From Arenicellales bacterium (lineage in GTDB: Bacteria > Pseudomonadota > Gammaproteobacteria > Arenicellales > JAJDZL01): a stretch of DNA of 64,000 bases. Below are positions 59,137-64,000 of this stretch, one piece after another. The position numbers were made by a program, and so were the translations under genes. Position 1 is the first letter of the stretch, and every line of letters begins with the position of its first letter. The notes below the pieces were generated by a model. That model was not told the DNA's origin. It saw only the letters and a list, made by a program, of their open reading frames with translations, and made no database searches. Location: positions 175,641 through 239,640 of the forward strand of contig CBDAUJ010000001.1 of assembly GCA_965200545.1 (NCBI GenBank), written 5' to 3'.

Positions 59137-59541
59137 ATGAAATTTCATCTTTCTTTGGCGGTAAACGATTTTGATGCCGCAGTGGCTTTTTATTCGACTC
59201 TGTTCAGGCAAGAACCGACAATTCTAAAAGCTCGCTATGCAAAGTGGGATGCAGAATCCCCTTCAATCAATTTCGTTATCGAAGAATGTGATGGCACGCC
59301 GGGAGTCGATCACTTGGGGATTCAGGTTGACTCGGATGAAGAGTTGCGCCGGCTGGCCGACCGAATGCGTGATACCGGTCGACCGTTTCTTGATGTCGAG
59401 CATCTTGACTGTTGCCATGCAACAATGGAAAAGGCTTGGGTGAAAGGCATCGCCGATGAAAAATGGGAGGTTTTTCTGACCCATCGCCACGATTTGGATC
59501 ACTACGGCGACAGTCAGAAAGAAGCGCTGCAGGCACTCTGA
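59137..59541 (+). CDS. ArsI/CadI-family VOC (glyoxalase-fold) metalloenzyme
   Basis: VOC fold (MKFHLSLAV.D...A..FY..LF ; VDHLGIQV) plus a vicinal Cys pair and a tail (LDCCHATMEKAWV....EKWEVF.T) like ArsI/CadI. GGGAG precedes the ATG at 59137. Confidence 0.75.
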   Translation: MKFHLSLAVNDFDAAVAFYSTLFRQEPTILKARYAKWDAESPSINFVIEECDGTPGVDHLGIQVDSDEELRRLADRMRDTGRPFLDVEHLDCCHATMEKAWVKGIADEKWEVFLTHRHDLDHYGDSQKEALQAL

Positions 59542-59561
59542 GAAAAGACTTGGCTTTGACA

Positions 59562-60230
59562 ATGATGCAGCGTGTTTCCAGCCGAGCGCTGTTCGCAGAA
59601 TGGCTCGGCACAGCGCTATTGCTTGCAACCGTTATCGGTTCCGGAATTATGGCGGAAGCCTTGGCGGACGGAAATGCTGCGATCGCACTGCTTGGCAATA
59701 CGATCGCGACAGGCGCAATACTGGTCATTCTGATTACCATGTTCGCTCCAGTCTCGGGAGCACACTTGAATCCGGCCGTCACACTGGTCTTTGCACTTCG
59801 CCGTGAAATCACGATGTCGATGGCATCCGCCTACATCATTGTTCAGATTCTTGGCGGGCTTGCCGGCATGCTCGCAGCTCACTTCATGTTTGAGGAAGCG
59901 CTCTGGCAATTCTCACAAAAAAGCCGTACCGGCGCTTCGCAATGGTTTTCCGAAGGGGTTGCGACATTCGGCTTGATACTGACTATTCTGGCAACCTTGC
60001 GCGCCCGCCCGAGTGCAGTGCCCTGGGCGGTCGGACTTTACATTACCGCCGCGTATTGGTTTACGGCATCCACTTCTTTTGCCAATCCAGCGGTCACAAT
60101 TGCGCGCAGCATGACAGATACATTTTCTGGAATCGACCCGTTCCATGCGCCATACTTTATCGCCGCGCAATTGACTGGCGCCCTTGTCGCCATGATCGCC
60201 TGCGGCTGGCTTGAGCGGAGTCAGCCGTAA
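59562..60230 (+). CDS. MIP-family channel (aquaglyceroporin/AqpS-like)
   Basis: Two NPA boxes (GAHLNPAVT, SFANPAVT) and six predicted TM segments. I chose the ATG at 59562. Confidence 0.9.
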   Translation: MMQRVSSRALFAEWLGTALLLATVIGSGIMAEALADGNAAIALLGNTIATGAILVILITMFAPVSGAHLNPAVTLVFALRREITMSMASAYIIVQILGGLAGMLAAHFMFEEALWQFSQKSRTGASQWFSEGVATFGLILTILATLRARPSAVPWAVGLYITAAYWFTASTSFANPAVTIARSMTDTFSGIDPFHAPYFIAAQLTGALVAMIACGWLERSQP

Positions 60231-60322
60231 GTATCTCGCCGCAACGCGAATTACATCGCGGCTGTGCTTGTTTTACAATAATCAGCAGGGAATTTCGCAG
60301 CTACGCACTATTCAATTGAATT

Positions 60323-60604
60323 ATGGGATTATTCAGTAAATTCATTAGTCCAAAGAAATCTGCCCAGCCATCACAGACTCAAACCGTCGAATATAACGGC
60401 TATCAGATTGAGCCTGCGCCCGAGAAACAAAACGGGCAGTACGTCACGGCCGGGTATATTTGCAAGGCGGACGAATCTGGACAACTTCAAAGACAGCGTT
60501 TCATCCGTGCTGATACGCATATGGATGTCGATGCGGCGAGCAAACATGCCGTCATCAAAGCCAAACAGATTATCGACGAGCGCGGTGACCAGATTTTTGA
60601 CTAG
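60323..60604 (+). CDS. Small conserved protein (the family is often labelled HlyU-family regulator in databases)
   Basis: 93 aa reading ..VEYNGYQIEP.P......Y...GYI.K....G......FIRADTH...D.A..HA..KAKQIIDE.GD.IF. This matches my recollection of that family. The assignment is tentative. Confidence 0.45.
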   Translation: MGLFSKFISPKKSAQPSQTQTVEYNGYQIEPAPEKQNGQYVTAGYICKADESGQLQRQRFIRADTHMDVDAASKHAVIKAKQIIDERGDQIFD

Positions 60605-60649
60605 CACAAAGCAGTTGCTTCTGTGCGCATTCGATTGACTGTCTGCAGT

Positions 60650-61630
60650 CTACGCTTTCTGAACGAATTTGCGCAGCTGGCGGATAATCTGCGCAACCAA
60701 GTCTTTAATCTCAATATCGCCGGAATTGACACCAACGATGAGTTCAGCGATGGCAGCATCGTCAACTTCAGCGAGTTGCTTTTCAACTTGCTGACCGATA
60801 TCTTTCGAAACACTGTTTCGCAATCTCGCCGGCATGAGCGTGTCGCCGGAATCTTGGCGTTCTGTTTTGCCGAGCAAGATGATTTCATCGATCAGTTCAG
60901 AAATGCCATCCCCGATCGTCGCAACCGTACCGATAACTTTGGGGTTCTTTGAAGAGGGGCGCAGCGAAACTGACTGTCTGAGATGACCGACGGCCAATTG
61001 CGCGTTCGGCAAGTCTGATTTGTTCAATACGACAATATCAGCGATCTCAAGAATGCCGGACTTGATCGCCTGAACATCGTCTCCCATGCCAGGAGATTCG
61101 ACTACGACCACAGTATCGGCCAGCGTGGAGATTTCCATTTCGGATTGACCGACACCAACTGTCTCGACCAGGACGACATCCCAGCCCGTAGCATCAAACA
61201 GATTCACGATATACATCGCTGTCGCTGACAATCCGCCAAGATGTCCGCGAGCGGCGACCGAACGGATGAACACGCCATCGTCTTCGGTATGCTGTGCCAT
61301 TCTGACACGATCTCCAAGAACTGCACCGCCGCCGATGCGGCTGCTCGGATCAACGGTCAATACCGCAACAGTTCGTCCGCGCTGTCGAAGTTCTTGGATA
61401 CAAGCATTGACTAAGGTCGATTTTCCAACGCCTGGGGGTCCGCTGATGCCGATAACATAGGTTTGCCCCAAATGACTGGCAATCGCCTTGAAAATACTTT
61501 TGCGATCTTCCAAGCTGTTTTCGACGATCGTAATGGCGCGTGCAAGAGCGTTTCGATCGCCTGCGAAGAGTGCGGCAAAGTTGTTGCCAAAACCCGGCAA
61601 GTCAGTTGCCGATTGAATCGTTGATGTCAT
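60650..61630 (-). CDS. meaB: Methylmalonyl-CoA-mutase-associated G-protein chaperone (MeaB/ArgK)
   Basis: P-loop GPPGVGKST, then VLTVDPSS...GGA.LGDR.RM, ETVGVGQSE and NK.DL. The ATG is at 61630. No mutase gene lies in the window. Confidence 0.9.
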   Translation of the reverse strand: MTSTIQSATDLPGFGNNFAALFAGDRNALARAITIVENSLEDRKSIFKAIASHLGQTYVIGISGPPGVGKSTLVNACIQELRQRGRTVAVLTVDPSSRIGGGAVLGDRVRMAQHTEDDGVFIRSVAARGHLGGLSATAMYIVNLFDATGWDVVLVETVGVGQSEMEISTLADTVVVVESPGMGDDVQAIKSGILEIADIVVLNKSDLPNAQLAVGHLRQSVSLRPSSKNPKVIGTVATIGDGISELIDEIILLGKTERQDSGDTLMPARLRNSVSKDIGQQVEKQLAEVDDAAIAELIVGVNSGDIEIKDLVAQIIRQLRKFVQKA

Positions 61631-62909
61631 CGCTTGGTGTCTGCAAAATGGATCACGGACCTGAAGCCTGACTCTCATTTGGGATACGCTTCAGTGTTCG
61701 CATTGGCATTATTGCCGAAACTTCATGGCACACTCATGCTGACGCGGTTGTGCCCCTGAAATGCTCGCTCTTGCGGCAGCAGGCTATTTTGGCAGCTGCA
61801 TACGGCCGAAAAGCCTTGCTAAACCAGTTCTGTAATTGCGTAGAAATGATAAATCATTGGATCAATTCAGCACTCACAAATCCAAATGGATTTGCTTATG
61901 CGCTGCATACCTGCGGTGCAAACGCCCGTAGCCGAAACTTTTCAAGGGTTGTTGGACACTTGGATTTTGAGCAGTTCGCTGGATGAGTTCAATCGAATTG
62001 ACCCCATTAAAGGCCAATTTATAAGTCTCGGAAAAGAGCAATTACGGATACGGTCGACCGGCGCTCGGCAATTTGGATGCATTGTGCCCCCGGCTCAGTC
62101 GGTAAACGGATTCAGTGTGATGAATATTCCCGATTTATGCAGGCGATAGGTTGCATTTTTGAAATCGCCTCCGATTGCTGGACGCTTTACATTTCTGACT
62201 GAGAATACGGCAGTTTGGGCTGCGGCGGGTGCTATGGATGGAATTGCCTTCCGGGACGCTATATCCAGTGTCTCTTGTTTGAGTGCCTGTCGACGCTGTG
62301 CATCGTTGATGTCACATATACCCGCTCCGTTGGCTCCAAATTGGATTTATATGAGCTGTGGAGTGGAGACAACGTGCTCAGGGTGGGTCAATAAGACGGT
62401 CTGGAATATTTCAGAATCAAATCTTTAGGGGCGTATTGTCTGGCGATGTCAGAAACATGCGAGCCGCTCTCGATCACTAAAAAAACATCCATGTCCGTCC
62501 TGCCAAATCTTTTGATTCAGGCAAAGCAGCCCCGCAGAAAAAATCACGCTGGAAGCTTATGCCGAGCAGGAATCACAACCGTCATGACGACTTGCTTTTG
62601 AGAAAATTGCAGTGGCAATCGAAACGTGTCAGAGTACCGATGGCTTGCGTGAATTTCTCACCGCACGAAATGGTCAGATCCTGCCTGAGACGGTCGATGG
62701 ACTTCTTCGCACGATTGATGGCAAGACCAATCAAATCAAACTCGCCGGAAATGTCGTATTGATTGAATCCGACAGCGAGGATATTGCTGATAGAAATTAT
62801 CGGGAACCGGAATGTTGCGAAAATTTGTATCGACAATCAGCCGTACAGCTCGAAAGAACTTCGCAATCACGGACACAGCAAATAAAGCGTGTTCCGCGGA
62901 AACGTCAAG

Positions 62910-63464
62910 TTACTCGTCAATCAGCCGCTGTATTACCGCTAGAATATTCTCTGACTGGAAATCCCGGCCGCCCACCGCCCGATAGCGAAAGCGGCCGGAG
63001 CGATCAATCAAATACGTTGTCGGCAGTGGATTTACATCCCAATCGTTGTATGCATTCAGATCTTCATCCAGCATGACTGGGAATTGATTCGCCAATTCCC
63101 AGTCCCGCAGGAATCTTTCGACGGTCGCGCGCGATTCGCCGGTATTGATCGCGACTACTTCAAAATCATCCTTGGCAAGTGTGCTGCGCAGACTGGCAAT
63201 TAAAGGCAACTCCTCAACGCAGGGCGGACACCAGGTTGCCCAAAAATTCACCAGCACAACTTTGTCTTGCAGGCGCTCATGTGAAAACTCTGGATTCAGC
63301 CACTCGGCATCCGCAAAGCCTGGAGAACGCACGGTCTCAATTTCTGTCAAACTGTCCGACAGGTCAGCCGCTACATTGCCGGCAGAAAAAAGCAAAGCAA
63401 GACCAGCAAGCATTCGGAACATCGACGTGACAAGACTTTGATTGCCCAAAAAGGAACCGCTCAT
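62910..63464 (-). CDS. TlpA/ResA-family periplasmic thiol:disulfide oxidoreductase
   Basis: N-terminal anchor or signal sequence, and the thioredoxin motif FWATWCPPCVEELP. Confidence 0.85.
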   Translation of the reverse strand: MSGSFLGNQSLVTSMFRMLAGLALLFSAGNVAADLSDSLTEIETVRSPGFADAEWLNPEFSHERLQDKVVLVNFWATWCPPCVEELPLIASLRSTLAKDDFEVVAINTGESRATVERFLRDWELANQFPVMLDEDLNAYNDWDVNPLPTTYLIDRSGRFRYRAVGGRDFQSENILAVIQRLIDE

Positions 63465-63515
63465 GACATCTTCGTTCGAGGCGATCGAAACAACCGATAA
63501 AGTGAAATGATCCGA

Positions 63516-63959
63516 TCAGGTGATTTCACTTGCACCACTGAGCAGGCTCTGTAAACTGCCGATTTGTTTTTCGCGGCTTCTGATGACTTCCGCCAGCAAA
63601 TCAGTGGTCGAAACAATTCCAATCAAATCACCGTCTTCGAGTACCGGAAGATGGCGAAAGCCTTTGCTGACCACGATTTTCATACACTCTTCAATATGCA
63701 CGTCAGCGTTGACTGTGACCACATTTTTTGTCATCACGTCTTTGATTTGTGTATCTTTTTCGGTTTTTCCGACCAAAACAACACGCCGCGCATAATCTCG
63801 TTCTCCGAAAATACCAATGAGTTTTCCAGAGGCGTCAACGACTGGTACAACGCCCACATTTCTTTCAGACAATGTGCGCAGCGCGTCCAGTACGGTTGCC
63901 TCTGGTGAAGTAGACCAGATGTGTCCTTTGCTCTTTATTAGGGCTGAGACGGCTAGCAT
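63516..63959 (-). CDS. CBS-pair domain protein
   Basis: Two CBS motifs (..VGVVPVVD..GKLIGIF.ERD ; ..FRHLPVLEDGDLIGIVSTTDL). The protein is 147 aa. Confidence 0.9.
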   Translation of the reverse strand: MLAVSALIKSKGHIWSTSPEATVLDALRTLSERNVGVVPVVDASGKLIGIFGERDYARRVVLVGKTEKDTQIKDVMTKNVVTVNADVHIEECMKIVVSKGFRHLPVLEDGDLIGIVSTTDLLAEVIRSREKQIGSLQSLLSGASEIT

Positions 63960-64000
63960 AATTTTCCCCTTTGTTTCTTTTTTATGAATACTTTTACATG

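Noticed and set aside
62612-63076. 154-codon plus-strand ORF with a plausible-looking N-terminal half
   Set aside because: I did not call it as a feature. It would overlap the TlpA-like gene by 167 nt, it competes with an 84-codon antisense ORF, and I recognise no family. It is kept only as part of the ORF-poor-region finding.

Overview
This 64-kb window reads as chromosomal DNA from a gammaproteobacterium. That assignment is an inference from synteny (nadD-rsfS, maf-yhdP-nitrilase-tldD-pmbA, fmdB-aspS-nudB); no species can be named. I could support about 55 protein genes and found no rRNA, tRNA, CRISPR array, integrase or transposase.

Layout:
- 0-12.5 kb: housekeeping genes.
- 12.5-19.5 kb: an osmolyte / quaternary-amine cluster with an M24 hydrolase, a non-pyrrolysine MttB homologue, choline sulfatase, a BKACE enzyme and a TTC38-like gene.
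- 19.5-29.4 kb: a compositionally mosaic, decayed defence island.
- 29.4-36.5 kb: an ABC sugar-uptake operon with a GH63-like hydrolase and glucokinase.
- 37-49 kb: mixed metabolism, including a Kef-type antiporter, a tungsten-type aldehyde:ferredoxin oxidoreductase with a MoaD-like protein, and a BisC-like Mo-oxidoreductase coupled to acs.
- 49.5-58.4 kb: C1 and methylated-amine genes, including a stand-alone B12-activation domain, a MetF-like gene, and a GlnT/GmaS-like synthetase with a three-subunit GlxBCD/MgsABC-like enzyme.
- 58.8-60.2 kb: an arsR/ArsI-like/aquaporin cassette.
- 60.3-64 kb: meaB, about 1.2 kb with no convincing gene, a TlpA-like thioredoxin and a CBS protein.

The defence island holds a truncated mcrB, an mcrC with one in-frame TAA, a mod remnant, a PIN toxin-antitoxin pair with a frameshifted toxin, and a res gene that has lost its helicase core. 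A MacB-type ABC/AttH operon sits inside it. The only intact island gene is a strongly GC-rich AAA-ATPase fused to a PD-(D/E)xK nuclease.

The points most worth follow-up are that intact ATPase-nuclease and its second degenerate copy at 49.3 kb, the toxin-antitoxin pair wedged between mod and res, a perfect 30-bp palindrome in the betC/BKACE divergent promoter, an MttB homologue with no corrinoid partner, and single-base insertions that break acs and the TTC38-like gene. Those insertions could be real or could be sequencing errors.

No complete, clearly novel multi-gene system could be demonstrated from sequence alone.
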